Positions 40,845 to 51,306 of a DNA stretch of 64,000 bases are shown here, in pieces. The stretch spans positions 1-64,000 of the forward strand of contig JBGSMD010000064.1 of the NCBI GenBank assembly GCA_041740355.1, in the 5' to 3' direction. Under the pieces are notes generated by a model that saw only the letters and a program-made list of their open reading frames with translations, ran no database searches and was not told the DNA's origin. Source of the DNA: Bdellovibrionota bacterium. Its GTDB lineage: Bacteria; Bdellovibrionota_C; UBA2361; CALJRW01. Positions within the stretch are counted from its first letter, which is position 1. Each line of letters starts with the position of its first letter. The translations under genes and the position numbers were made by a program.

Positions 40845-41456
40845 TTATTTAAAATAATTGGCATAATCTAACTGGCTCGCTTCTATTACTTGCCAGGCGG
40901 ATTCCTTGCCATAAACTTCTACAATCTCGCACTTAGATAAAGTTTCCGGCATTTGTTTGTATGTCAAAAAATAATGCTTAAGGCGATTTAATATGCTCTC
41001 AGGAAGATCTGTGATGTCTTTCCAGCCTCCATACAAATGATCATCTTTTAAAACAGCAATTATTTTATCGTCAGCTTCATTATGATCAATTAGTCGCAAA
41101 CCTCCGATTGGATAAGCTTTCACTAAGATATCACCATGGGTAATCTGTCTTTCAGTTAGAACTAAAATATCAAGAGGATCATTATCTCCCACAACTAACT
41201 CTTTCCGACCACTGGCTTTAGCCGATAATTTAGCAACTTCTTCTTTACAATAAGTTTGGGGAATAAAACCGTAAAGCGCTGGAACTATATTACTAAATTT
41301 TTGAGGCCGATCTATTTTTAAATACCCAGAATGTTTATCAATCTCATACTTCACCGTATCACTTGGAATAATTTCAATAAAAGCAGTAATTAACTGGGGC
41401 GCTTCCTGACCAATCTCCACGCCATGCCAAGGATGTAGTTTATAGTGATTATTCAT
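40845..41456 (-). CDS. ppa: Inorganic pyrophosphatase (family I)
   Basis: HPWHG, KYEIDK, YGFIPQT, DNDPLD, DDKIIAV. Confidence 0.93.
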   Translation of the reverse strand: MNNHYKLHPWHGVEIGQEAPQLITAFIEIIPSDTVKYEIDKHSGYLKIDRPQKFSNIVPALYGFIPQTYCKEEVAKLSAKASGRKELVVGDNDPLDILVLTERQITHGDILVKAYPIGGLRLIDHNEADDKIIAVLKDDHLYGGWKDITDLPESILNRLKHYFLTYKQMPETLSKCEIVEVYGKESAWQVIEASQLDYANYFK

Positions 41457-41688
41457 GCCAACAATTATTTAATTAAATAAGGATGGAGTCATGCTAACAG
41501 ATTAATCCTGACCATGAAATATGCTTAGTGTTACGATAATTATAACTCTTTCATGCTTGAAGTAAGGTTTTACTGATTTTATAAGTGTTATTTCAATTGT
41601 TGTTTGATTTAAATCTTAAGGAAAAAGACTACAGACAAAGAAAAGAATGAATTTAAATTTAAAGGACAAATAACGTCAGTGATACAGT

Positions 41689-41836
41689 ATATAGTAAGTC
41701 CAAAAAGTAATTTCCGGTAGGAATGACTTTTTGGGGCTTACTATCCCCCGCAAGCGTTATAAAATCATACGGTTATGACAAAAATCACAAAAGTAACTTT
41801 TTAAATATTCGGAAATTAGTTTTTGTCATAACTATA
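41689..41836. repeat. Family A repeat flanked by a further inverted repeat
   Basis: atatagtaagtccaaaaagtaatttcc...ttttgtcataactata; flanks ataacgtcagtgata (41670-41684) and tatcactgacattat (41838-41852) are near-complementary. Confidence 0.8.
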
Positions 41837-41868
41837 ATATCACTGACATTATTTATTATTATTTACAA

Positions 41869-43144
41869 TTAATTAACAGCAACTCTCATGTCAGGGATAC
41901 AGAAACGATCAGGATCGCTATCGTCCCCGGCCATCTTAATTGATGTATGGTGAACATTGTTCATCACGTTGGCGTTACCAGGAGCACCAAAACAAGCAGT
42001 CTTGGTTCCAGCACCATCAATATATCTTTGAACTTTGTAAGGTGTGCAATTTGCTAGGGCACAATCCTCATCCAAACGATCTCCCCCATCTGGTAATCTT
42101 AATTGAACACTGAATGCTCCTTGAAAACTTCCGGAAAGAATCACTGCCGCATTACCACCACATTCTTCTAACTCTGGTCGGTATTGAACAGTTGTTGGAG
42201 CAGTATCACAATTAAATTCCGGTTCTTCGTCATTTCCTCCAACAGAACCAACACCATCATACTCAAAACGGGTACAGCCATTAGCAATTAAAACTGAGGG
42301 TTGAGAACCAAAGTAAACTACTTCCCCTGTTGCTTTATCTTTCACTTCAACTGTAGCTGCACCAAAAAAGCACCCTTCTTGAGCAGAACGAACTGTCACA
42401 CAACGTCCGTTTCCTGTTGGATAATCTAACAACTGTGATCCATTTACAAAGACATTGACATCGCAAGGGTCTAATAAAATCGAGACTCCACCGGGGTTGT
42501 ATGGGCTCTCGCTGTCAGGCTTCCACAAAAAATTTGAAACTTGTCTGGCTGGAAGTGCTTCCGGTGCACCTGAAGTATCCTCAGGAATCTCACCAGTTGA
42601 TAATATTTCTAAACAAGAAGCTACTTGGTTACCAGAACATCCATTATCTGCAGCAATCACACCTCCGAAATATTCTGTTACAACTTCTTCACTAAGACCT
42701 AAACCTTCAGCTGTTGCTAATTGCCCAACTGTGGCAGTTCCTGAAATAGTTTCTTGAGTGCATCCGGCATCAAAAAAACGGAAACTTCTTTCTGCCACTA
42801 AGGCTGATAAAACTTTTTTTGCTTCAGTGTAATCCATTGGTATCACCTAAGCCCTGAAGCTTAACTAACTTTGGCCCCGAAGCAGTTGTAACATTAACTA
42901 AGTTAGAATCGATGACTTGAATTGCTAAAACGTCTTCCCCATCGGAAAATTGTGGTGGATTTTGATAATTTCCATTTGAAGTAAGACCACAAAGAGTGGC
43001 ACCAACATCCTTAACACTGCCTGGAATCACAGTCGCACCACCAGAATTACCACCCTGATCATCATCACTGCTACTACTGCTATTACAAGCTGCTAGGAGC
43101 AAACCCAGACTAAATACTACAAGAGATTTATAGATTGAATTCAT
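41869..43144 (-). pseudogene. Cys-rich lipoprotein with thermonuclease(SNase)-like region, split over two frames (43144-42824 and 42846-41869)
   Basis: Lipobox LAAC; VIDSNLVNV...VKLQGLG continues naturally into EAKKVLSAL...GLGLSEEVV in the +1 frame at ~42830. Confidence 0.55.
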
Positions 43145-43337
43145 AATTTTTATAATTAAAATAAGCTGACATCTTGTACCAACCTGAGGGACTAAGGATT
43201 TAAGAATGGAGCCTGTGAAAACTAGGCAATCTTATTTAAAAAATCAAGCGTAGCGTCAGCAAAAAATTTTAATTTAATCTTAACTTTTGAATTTCAAACA
43301 AGCGTTTGAGTTAGAGAGAATGTTAAGATTGAAAGGA

Positions 43338-43485
43338 ATATAGAAAGTCCAAAAAGTAATTTACTTTAAGATACTACTTTTTGGGTCTTGCTATCCGCCC
43401 GAGGGATAGTAAATCGTATAGTTATTACAAAAAACAAGTTGCTCTATAATATTTAAACGTAATTTATTTTTTGGAATAACTATAT
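43338..43485. repeat. Family A MITE-like repeat (inverted relative to 44376-44524)
   Basis: atatagaaagtccaaaaagtaattt...tttttggaataactatat; aligns end to end with the reverse complement of 44376-44524. Confidence 0.9.
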
Positions 43486-43568
43486 TAAGAAAAAGTTTGA
43501 TTGCAAAAGAAATTAAAATTTTTAGGAAATTTAATAAATTAAAAATAGAGAGAGAAAACTAATACTCT

Positions 43569-43769
43569 TTAAATTCCTAACAAGGCACTTGTTATGGCAA
43601 GAAATTTTGTGCTAATTGTCTGACCAAGATCCGTAATTGCTAAAATACAAACGACAGCAATCAAAGCTACAAGCAAGCCATACTCCACCAGCGAGGCACC
43701 TTTTTCACTATTGAGATCCATTCGCTTTAATTTGTTTTCAATTATTTTATTGATTAACATATACCTCAT
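43569..43769 (-). CDS. flp: Flp family type IVc (Tad) pilin
   Basis: EKG/ASLVEYGLLVALIAVV prepilin cleavage and Flp motif; 66 aa. Confidence 0.92.
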   Translation of the reverse strand: MRYMLINKIIENKLKRMDLNSEKGASLVEYGLLVALIAVVCILAITDLGQTISTKFLAITSALLGI

Positions 43770-43967
43770 CTTAAAATATTTCTATTGACATAATTTTACG
43801 TGATACAAGGATGCCTTACAAGTTAAATCTTATTTTTAGTAGTTAATTATGCTGACTATAGAATGTAAGTTCTATAAAAAGTCCTAAATCACACATAGGG
43901 AAAAATACTTTTCATAACCTAATTATAGGTGTTCATTCGAAGACCTTAGGTTATTTTAAAGGTTTTA

Positions 43968-44324
43968 ATGAAAGCTATAGTAAAAGCTATTTTCTCGTTT
44001 ATGCTGACAAGCTGGACCTACTCTGAAATCATGTTGGTTTTCCCAGAAATCGAACCGTTCACAAAACAAGTAATTAGCACCCTGACAATCCCTACACATG
44101 ACGAATGGCGAGTTTACTACGACAAAGAATATCAAGCTAAAGTTAAAGAAGAAATAAATGGTTTTCTGGTAAGCAATGGATTGGATACTCAAACATATCA
44201 ATCCAGTGATTTTGAAGAATTTTTAAAAATACCCAAAAACATAGAAACACATTCTAAAGAAACTAATTATATTTCAATTTTTGAAAACTCAGTTCTTCCC
44301 GAAACTCTTTACGAAAGCTTTTAG
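43968..44324 (+). CDS. Hypothetical protein
   Basis: 118-aa ORF with hydrophobic N-terminus, divergent from flp. Confidence 0.55.
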   Translation: MKAIVKAIFSFMLTSWTYSEIMLVFPEIEPFTKQVISTLTIPTHDEWRVYYDKEYQAKVKEEINGFLVSNGLDTQTYQSSDFEEFLKIPKNIETHSKETNYISIFENSVLPETLYESF

Positions 44325-44375
44325 TCTAATCAAATTTGCAATCCCTATTGAATAAGAATCAGGAGAGCTGTAAAC

Positions 44376-44524
44376 ATATGGTTATTCCAAAAAATAAATT
44401 ACGTATGATTTTATTCCGGCTAGTTGTTTTTTGTAATAAGTATATGATTTTTTTATCCCTCCGGGGGATATAAAGCACCAAAAAGTACTTTCCTTAAGTA
44501 AATTACTTTTTGGACTTTCTATAT
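44376..44524. repeat. Family A MITE-like repeat
   Basis: Same orientation as 1-137; TA-rich termini (atatggttattcc...ctttctatat). Confidence 0.9.
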
Positions 44525-44589
44525 TTAGTCAAATCATATTATTTCTAATATCTCCCATACTTTTAAAACAAATAATAAATAATTTTCGA

Positions 44590-45195
44590 ATGATTCCACT
44601 AAAAAATACAATTGTTTCTGATTTATTGTTAGATCGGAAATTTGTCTGTGACCTACAAGCTTGTAAAGGTGCCTGCTGTCTACTTGGTGCAACTGGGGCA
44701 CCACTTGAAAAAACCGAGCAGCAAATTATTCAAGATAACCTCGAAGAGATAAAACCTTTTATGACAACAGAAGGATTAAGGGCTATCGCAAAGAATGGTA
44801 TTTACTCCTTGAACGAATCCGGAGATTCCTTTACTACACTAGTCCCGGAAAATAATGCTTGTGCCTTTGTTTTTTATGACGAGAAGCAAATTGCTAAATG
44901 TGCCATTGAAGCAGCACATAAATCTAATAAAATTAATTTTAAAAAGCCGATATCATGTCATCTATATCCGGTTAGGATTACTAAATATCCTGAATTTGAT
45001 GCTGTTAACTTTGATCAACGAGAGGAATGTAAGCCTGCCTGCCTTTGTGGAGAAAAATTAGCAACTAAAGTTTATCGTTTTCTAAAAGAACCACTAATTA
45101 GAAAGTATGGAGAAGATTGGTATCAGGAATTAGAAAAGATTGATCGACTCGGCGAGCAGAGCACTAATAATACTTCGGGTAAAATAAAAGAGTAG
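44590..45195 (+). CDS. DUF3109 family Cys-rich protein
   Basis: FVCDLQACKGACC, CAF, CAIE, KPISCHLYPVR, FLKEPLIRKYGEDWY. Confidence 0.85.
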   Translation: MIPLKNTIVSDLLLDRKFVCDLQACKGACCLLGATGAPLEKTEQQIIQDNLEEIKPFMTTEGLRAIAKNGIYSLNESGDSFTTLVPENNACAFVFYDEKQIAKCAIEAAHKSNKINFKKPISCHLYPVRITKYPEFDAVNFDQREECKPACLCGEKLATKVYRFLKEPLIRKYGEDWYQELEKIDRLGEQSTNNTSGKIKE

Positions 45196-45364
45196 TCAGT
45201 ACCACCCCAATAGTGCCAGTCCAAATTGGATTAGCAGAAAAATATGGAAATAACATTAATGCAATCGCCAAAACAAATGCTCGTGGTTCTTCCGCTTTTT
45301 TAGCCCAGCAAAAAGCCGCCATCCCGACAAGTGAAAAAAACATACCGAGACTAAGATTTAACAT
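45164..45364 (-). CDS. Small membrane protein
   Basis: 66 aa, hydrophobic; FSLVGM...K...LM.FPYF pattern. Confidence 0.6.
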   Translation of the reverse strand: MLNLSLGMFFSLVGMAAFCWAKKAEEPRAFVLAIALMLFPYFSANPIWTGTIGVVLTTLLFYPKYY

Positions 45365-45588
45365 AGTTCTATTATAGAGTGAGTCTTGGGATATTGCTAT
45401 CTGTATATTTAACGAACTCTTATAATAATAAGCATTAGAGGTGATTTCTTAGAAGCATAGTTCAATTTTCGAATCGACTCACCAGTCGGCCTCTCGGTCA
45501 ATTTGCCACATGAAAATAATAATTATTGAAACTTAGTTGGGATTAGTGCTATACATTTTGGCTGAAAATTCTCTTAATTTAATTTCAT

Positions 45589-46803
45589 ATGAAGCAAATC
45601 CAAATAATTATCCTTTCCATACTAACCTTTCTTCCTTTCTCACTTTACGCCCTGACAACTGAAGCTTCTAAGGTAAAAACTAAAGAAGAAATAGAAACGC
45701 TAGTTAGCCCAATTGCCCTATATCCTGATATTTTACTTTCCAACATACTCCCAGCTGCAACTTTCCCCGATCAAATTGCTGATGCTGCTTTATTAATTCA
45801 CGATAAATCTGATGCCGAATTGATTGCCCAACAATCTTGGGATGATAGCGTCAAAATCATAGCTACTTATCCTGGTATTTTAAAAATGATGTATGAAAAA
45901 TTAGATTGGACAACTAATTTAGGGAATGTGTTCTTAAATCAAAGTGAACTTGTAATGAGTTCTATTCAAAAACGAAGGTCTCAAGCTAAGCAAGTTGGAA
46001 ACTTAAAAACCAATGATCAACAAATGGTAACAACGCAATATGTGGATAGTGGTAAACAAGTAATTGTAATCGAACCAAAAGATCCGCAAATCATATATGT
46101 TCAAGAATCTAGTCCAGTTGTCTATACTAGTCATGTAGAGCAAACGAGTTATGTTGCTCCTCTTGTTACATTTGGTTTAGGAGTCGCCTTAGGAGCTGCC
46201 GTAGCTAATAATAATGATAATAATAATTATTATTATCATAGTAGCCCCTGGGGTGGAAATATTTGGGTTCACAATAACTATCATAACGATTGGTATGATG
46301 CTCAACGTGACCGACAAGAATTTCACCAAGACCGTTATCAGAAAGAACAAAATTTTCGCCACGATCGGGTTAGTGAGCAACAAGACTTCCGGAATGATCA
46401 TGTTAGTGATCGACAAGACTTCCGACAAGAACAATATAATAATGGGAATAAGGACTTCTCTGCTAATCGGCAAGCACAACTATCTGAAGCCAAAAGCAAG
46501 ATGCAGAGCCAGGGCTTTAGTGGGTCAAAATTACAATCAGCAAAAAGCTCCGGAAGCTTTTCTAAGTCAAGTGCTTCTGGGAGCTATGCGAGCACACAAA
46601 GAACAGAAAGTTTTTCTAGTGCAAAAAGTCAGGCATCTAAATACCATTACACACCAACAAAATCGTCACTTAGTGATAGAAAGGCAAGCTATACCAGTCA
46701 AATTAGTACCCGTGGCTCGCAAAGTAGAAGTTTATCAACAAGCTCTAGTTTCAGTCGTGCCTCAAGCGGCTTTAGTGGCGGTGGAGGTTTTAGAAGGAGA
46801 TAA
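45589..46803 (+). CDS. DUF3300 domain exported protein with repetitive/low-complexity tail
   Basis: Signal peptide, LVSPIALYPDILL, WD.SVK, WT.NLG..F, IEP.DPQIIYV. Confidence 0.88.
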   Translation: MKQIQIIILSILTFLPFSLYALTTEASKVKTKEEIETLVSPIALYPDILLSNILPAATFPDQIADAALLIHDKSDAELIAQQSWDDSVKIIATYPGILKMMYEKLDWTTNLGNVFLNQSELVMSSIQKRRSQAKQVGNLKTNDQQMVTTQYVDSGKQVIVIEPKDPQIIYVQESSPVVYTSHVEQTSYVAPLVTFGLGVALGAAVANNNDNNNYYYHSSPWGGNIWVHNNYHNDWYDAQRDRQEFHQDRYQKEQNFRHDRVSEQQDFRNDHVSDRQDFRQEQYNNGNKDFSANRQAQLSEAKSKMQSQGFSGSKLQSAKSSGSFSKSSASGSYASTQRTESFSSAKSQASKYHYTPTKSSLSDRKASYTSQISTRGSQSRSLSTSSSFSRASSGFSGGGGFRRR

Positions 46804-46804
46804 T

Positions 46805-47683
46805 ATGAAAAATAATTTACAACTACCCTTTATCTTTTTAGTTTTCTTAATAACTAGTTGTTCAACAATAAAACCGAATACTGTTAATCTAGCAACACAA
46901 CAAGGATTTAATTCCCCTGAGATTGCTGTCCAAGAATTAGCAGCTGCCGCCAAGAGTTTAGACCAAGAAGGCCTAACAAGGATTTTTGGTCCAAATTTTG
47001 TGGCCGAAGTTTCTTCCGGAGATCCGGCACAGGATAAAAATTCACTGAATAATTTTGCTAATAAAATAGCGGAAAAGACAGATTTGTTAGCTAATAATAA
47101 ACAAACCTTTTTAATGCAAATTGGTACAGACAATTTTATATTTCCTGTGCCACTTATTAAAATCAAAGATCTTTGGTACTTTGATGGCGAGGCAGGAAGA
47201 GAAGAAATCTTAAATCGTCGTATTGGTCATAATGAAATTAGTGCTATTAAAGTATTAACTTTCTTTAGTTCAGCACAGGCTGTCTATGCTTCCAAAGATC
47301 GCGATGCTGACGGACAGCTGGAATATGCTGAAAGATTTCTAAGTACTCCCGGTGAACAAGATGGACTATACTGGGACTATGCAACTTTCGGCGAACCCAG
47401 TCCCTTGGGACCACAAGCAGCAAGGCTAATTAAGGAAGAAGGTGCAGATGGAATTTACCAAGGATATAATTATCAAATTATATCTGTTCCAAATAGTGAT
47501 AACTCCAAAAACAATGTGACTCTCCTGGCCTATCCCCTGCGATATGGCATTTCTGGAGTAATGAGTTTCGTTGCAGGACAAGATAGTAAAATATACGAAC
47601 AAAATATTAACCCAGAAAAAGCACCTGGTAAAACTTTTGATCCATTTCACTTAGATAGCGAATGGAAAGCTGTGATAAAATAA
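46805..47683 (+). CDS. DUF2950 family lipoprotein
   Basis: Start at ATG 46805 (MKNNLQ...ITSC lipobox); F.SPE.A, FPVPL, WYFD...G.EEI..RRIG.NE, DGLYW, SPLGP, AYP..YG.SGVMSF. Confidence 0.85.
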   Translation: MKNNLQLPFIFLVFLITSCSTIKPNTVNLATQQGFNSPEIAVQELAAAAKSLDQEGLTRIFGPNFVAEVSSGDPAQDKNSLNNFANKIAEKTDLLANNKQTFLMQIGTDNFIFPVPLIKIKDLWYFDGEAGREEILNRRIGHNEISAIKVLTFFSSAQAVYASKDRDADGQLEYAERFLSTPGEQDGLYWDYATFGEPSPLGPQAARLIKEEGADGIYQGYNYQIISVPNSDNSKNNVTLLAYPLRYGISGVMSFVAGQDSKIYEQNINPEKAPGKTFDPFHLDSEWKAVIK

Positions 47684-47770
47684 TTTTAGAAATGAGTTCA
47701 GTTTTAATACTTAAACTTATTTTAGATATAAAATAACTTTTTATTTAACAATAAAGATAGGAGCAAATTT

Positions 47771-48460
47771 ATGAATAGATATGTAGCTGAATTATTTGGC
47801 ACATTTTGGTTGGTACTTGGAGGCTGTGGAAGTGCCGTTCTTGCAGCTGGCTTTCCCGAAGTTGGTATTGGATTGCTGGGAGTTTCTGTAGCTTTCGGTT
47901 TAACAGTTGTCACTATGGCTTTCGCTATCGGTCATATTTCTGGATGTCATCTTAACCCAGCAGTCTCAATTGGGCTCTGGGCCGGAGGAAGATTTCCAGC
48001 AAAAGATTTACTACCTTACATTATTGCTCAAGTACTTGGTGCAATTATTGCCGCTGCTGTTCTATATATTATTGCTAGTGGCCAAGCAGGCTTTGATCTA
48101 GCCGGAGGTTTTGCTTCTAATGGATTTGGAGAGCATTCTCCAGGTAAATATAGTTTACTGGCAAGCTTTGTGACTGAAGTTGTCATGACGATGGTCTTTC
48201 TTTTTGTAATTCTTGGAGCAACAGACAAACGTGCGCCTCAAGGTTTTGCACCATTGGCAATTGGACTATGTTTAACTTTAATTCACTTAGTTAGTATTCC
48301 CGTAACAAACACTTCCGTTAACCCAGCACGCAGTACTGGTGTGGCTTTATTTATGGGAGACTGGGCAATTTCTCAGCTCTGGTTATTTTGGGTTGCGCCG
48401 ATTATTGGTGGTGTTTTAGGTGCTTTAGCCTATCGCTTTATTAGTACAGAAACTAAATAA
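47771..48460 (+). CDS. aqpZ: Aquaporin Z
   Basis: [19 protein letters not shown] and TSVNPARS (two NPA motifs). Confidence 0.96.
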   Translation: MNRYVAELFGTFWLVLGGCGSAVLAAGFPEVGIGLLGVSVAFGLTVVTMAFAIGHISGCHLNPAVSIGLWAGGRFPAKDLLPYIIAQVLGAIIAAAVLYIIASGQAGFDLAGGFASNGFGEHSPGKYSLLASFVTEVVMTMVFLFVILGATDKRAPQGFAPLAIGLCLTLIHLVSIPVTNTSVNPARSTGVALFMGDWAISQLWLFWVAPIIGGVLGALAYRFISTETK

Positions 48461-48486
48461 ACTAAGAATCCTTGAGATATAAAGTA

Positions 48487-48536
48487 TAGACTCGGTGACA
48501 TAAAATTTTTGCTAAAATTCAATATCACCGAGTCTA
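48487..48536. terminator. Inverted repeat downstream of aqpZ
   Basis: 12-bp arms tagactcggtga/tcaccgagtcta with a long loop. Confidence 0.45.
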
Positions 48537-48643
48537 CTTTAAGTAAGAATCTTCCACACGATACATTCCATATAGTGCCTGTCTTTCTTCTGTCCATCAA
48601 AAAATATCTATTCATCGCACATGTAAACTGCTAAAAATAATTA

Positions 48644-49630
48644 ATGAAATTAAACAAACTAGCAACCTTATTACTTACTACCATTTTATTTTCTTCCTTT
48701 GCACAAAGTACTTTACAAGCGCAAGCAGGTAGCTCTGGGCAGACTGCCTTTCAATCAGCCGAAGAAGCGCTTCGCGCCTTAACCTCTGCCGCAAAGGCAG
48801 AAGATTCAAAGCGAATGATAGAGCTATTTGGTAAAAACTCTAAAGAAATATTTTTAACTGGGGACACTATTAGTGACATAGCTTTCCTTCGTAAATTATC
48901 ACGTCGTTTTGAGGAAAGAGCCGAGCTATTTTCAGTTAATAGTTTAGATCACCCCAATGAACAATGGTATCTCGTACGCTTTGGTATAGAAGGTTGGAAT
49001 ATGCGGGTTCCACTTGTAAATACAAAGAAAGGATGGAGTTTTGCTACGGAATATACGACTGAATCTAATCGCAAAATTAGAATTTCCCTAAATGAAGTTG
49101 CCACAGTTGATACTTTGCGAGCCTTGGTAAAAGCTCAAAGAACATACCAAGCCAAAGATTGGAATCAAGACGGTGTCTTGGAGTATGCCCAAAAATTTAT
49201 TAGTAGTCCCAACACTAAAGATGGTCTTTATTGGCCAGATCTTCCGGGGCAAGCTACAAGCCCTATCGATGGTTTAGTAGCGCGAGCAATGCTTGATGGT
49301 TATAAAACTTCAAAGGACAATCACCCTACCTATAGTGGTTATGTTTATAAAATACTAACTGAGCAAGGAGCAAAAACACGTGGTGGTAAAAAATCATATT
49401 TGCAAGACAAGTCTCTCGTAAATGGTTTTGCAATTTTGGCGTACCCAGTGGAATGGAGATCCAGTGGCAACTCCTGTTTTGTAGTTGGTACTGATGCCCA
49501 AGTTTGGCAAAAAGATTTTGGATCAAGGACAAGCACAATAGCTAAAAAAATCACCTCAATGGATCTTGATTCCCTATGGTTGAGAGTTGATCCTAATTTG
49601 GGTGGCGAAAATAGTCGATCCAACTGGTAA
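48644..49630 (+). CDS. DUF2950 family exported protein (second paralog)
   Basis: Signal peptide, FQSAEEA, EYAQKFISS...DGLYW, GY.YKILT.QG, GFA.LAYP. Confidence 0.85.
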   Translation: MKLNKLATLLLTTILFSSFAQSTLQAQAGSSGQTAFQSAEEALRALTSAAKAEDSKRMIELFGKNSKEIFLTGDTISDIAFLRKLSRRFEERAELFSVNSLDHPNEQWYLVRFGIEGWNMRVPLVNTKKGWSFATEYTTESNRKIRISLNEVATVDTLRALVKAQRTYQAKDWNQDGVLEYAQKFISSPNTKDGLYWPDLPGQATSPIDGLVARAMLDGYKTSKDNHPTYSGYVYKILTEQGAKTRGGKKSYLQDKSLVNGFAILAYPVEWRSSGNSCFVVGTDAQVWQKDFGSRTSTIAKKITSMDLDSLWLRVDPNLGGENSRSNW

Positions 49631-49663
49631 GATTATTTTGGATATTCTCGATAAACTGGAAAC

Positions 49664-49689
49664 TTAACGATAATAAAAATTATCGTTAA
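49664..49689. terminator. Hairpin between convergent genes
   Basis: ttaacgataat-aaaa-attatcgttaa. Confidence 0.45.
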
Positions 49690-49726
49690 TACAAGTCATT
49701 CGCCAAGCATCTATTAAATAAAAATT

Positions 49727-51082
49727 CTAAGGAAAAAGAAAGTTTATTACATCAGACGCTTGATAATGCTCTTGGTTATTCAGTAATTTCTTAATAATTG
49801 AAAGGTCTTCTCCTGCGGTAAGTAATACTGGTTCTTTTCCTTCCGGTTGAATTTGAGCCTGACCAATAACGGAAAACAGGGAATTACAAAGACATTTTTT
49901 TTGAGCAGTATCTTCTAGTTTTCCGCCCTTTTGAAGATAAGTCTCTACTGGCTCTCCAGGACATCGAAAGCCTACACTCCCATTGTCTTTTCGATACGCT
50001 GTTCGGAGATATCCTAAATCACATTTTCGAACTCGATTTTGATAAACTTGATCTTCCGAGATAGACCCAGACATCTCAAAAACCTTAAACGGAAAACCTG
50101 TGGGAGAAGCTAGTTGATCTGTATAAATTTGAGCTTGATCTTTGCGGATTAAATTAAGAGCCACTCTTTTAACTTCACTATCAACCCCTGACTCCTCGCA
50201 AAGGGCAAACAAGCTTCCCACCTGAACTCCTGTTGCACCATAATCAATTGCTTGCTGGACATCACTAGAACTTCTCACTCCTCCTGCATACCAAAATGGC
50301 AAATCTAATTTACGATAGTCTTCAAATTCACTTTCAATCGACTTGCTATTTTTTCGATCGGGAGCATTATGACCCCCGGCTAGATTATTTTCCACAACAA
50401 ATCCATCAATTTTTCCTGCTTTTCTTTTCAACATAATTGCTAAAACGGAAGAAGAAACAATTGGTAAAAATTTTGGTATTTTCAAGTCTGTTTTTATTCC
50501 CATAAAACTAGGATCAAATTGCAAGACTTCACTACTTCCTGCTAAATCTAATTTAAGTTCACTTTTAGAATTAAGTGCTAACTTTTCTAAAACGGCAGGA
50601 ATTTCTTTGGGGATTCCAGCACCCATTAAAAGATAATCTACACCCGCTAACATAGCGCCATATATTGTAGGCAAGGTTGGTAATTGAATTTTTGTTAATA
50701 GGTTCATGCCCACTTGACCATTATGTCCTTGCTTGGCGAGAGTTACTTCGACGTAGCTAGCCAAAGCTGTAATGGCAGAAAAAATTGGCTTTTGAACGAA
50801 TGAAGGCAGCGCTAACAATTGATATGGCTGCCCCTTTCGACCTTCTGGTTTGAAAAATTTCTTCATCACATTTTGCACAACTTCCTGATAAGGAAAATTG
50901 CGACATGCTTCACGAATTGCACCATCAAAATCTCCGTCTTGTAGACGACGAATCATGACCGTATCAATACATGTTCCAGAAATCACACCTAAATGTCCTG
51001 CTTGTGAAACAGCCCTAGCCAGTGTCCAATTAGAAACGCCGATACCCATGCCGCCTTGAATTAATAGTGGAAAATTATTCAT
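49727..51082 (-). CDS. Nitronate monooxygenase/2-nitropropane dioxygenase family flavoprotein
   Basis: IQGGMGIGVS, MGAGIP, AGGHN, GVQVGSLFA..EES, SPTGFPFK, Cys cluster C..GYL...CP...CLCN. Confidence 0.85.
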   Translation of the reverse strand: MNNFPLLIQGGMGIGVSNWTLARAVSQAGHLGVISGTCIDTVMIRRLQDGDFDGAIREACRNFPYQEVVQNVMKKFFKPEGRKGQPYQLLALPSFVQKPIFSAITALASYVEVTLAKQGHNGQVGMNLLTKIQLPTLPTIYGAMLAGVDYLLMGAGIPKEIPAVLEKLALNSKSELKLDLAGSSEVLQFDPSFMGIKTDLKIPKFLPIVSSSVLAIMLKRKAGKIDGFVVENNLAGGHNAPDRKNSKSIESEFEDYRKLDLPFWYAGGVRSSSDVQQAIDYGATGVQVGSLFALCEESGVDSEVKRVALNLIRKDQAQIYTDQLASPTGFPFKVFEMSGSISEDQVYQNRVRKCDLGYLRTAYRKDNGSVGFRCPGEPVETYLQKGGKLEDTAQKKCLCNSLFSVIGQAQIQPEGKEPVLLTAGEDLSIIKKLLNNQEHYQASDVINFLFP

Positions 51083-51306
51083 CTCAATATACCTAAATGT
51101 CTATTGAGAAGAGTATCTTAATTTTTTAATATACTCAAGTGGTAGAAGATCAAAATCAATCTTTATTTTCCTCTTGAAAGGTTCTGAGAAGATGGAGCTT
51201 TCTAAAATGAATTCGAACCGCCCCTTGCAAAGAGACATATGATAATTGATCTGCATGGCAAAATTGAAAATTACCGTTTTAAATTAGTAGCCTAATAAGA
51301 ATTTAA

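Noticed and set aside
46214-46804. N-terminal extension of the listed 489-aa ORF
   Set aside because: Alternate-frame overlap with the DUF3300 tail; the real DUF2950 start is ATG 46805 with a lipoprotein signal
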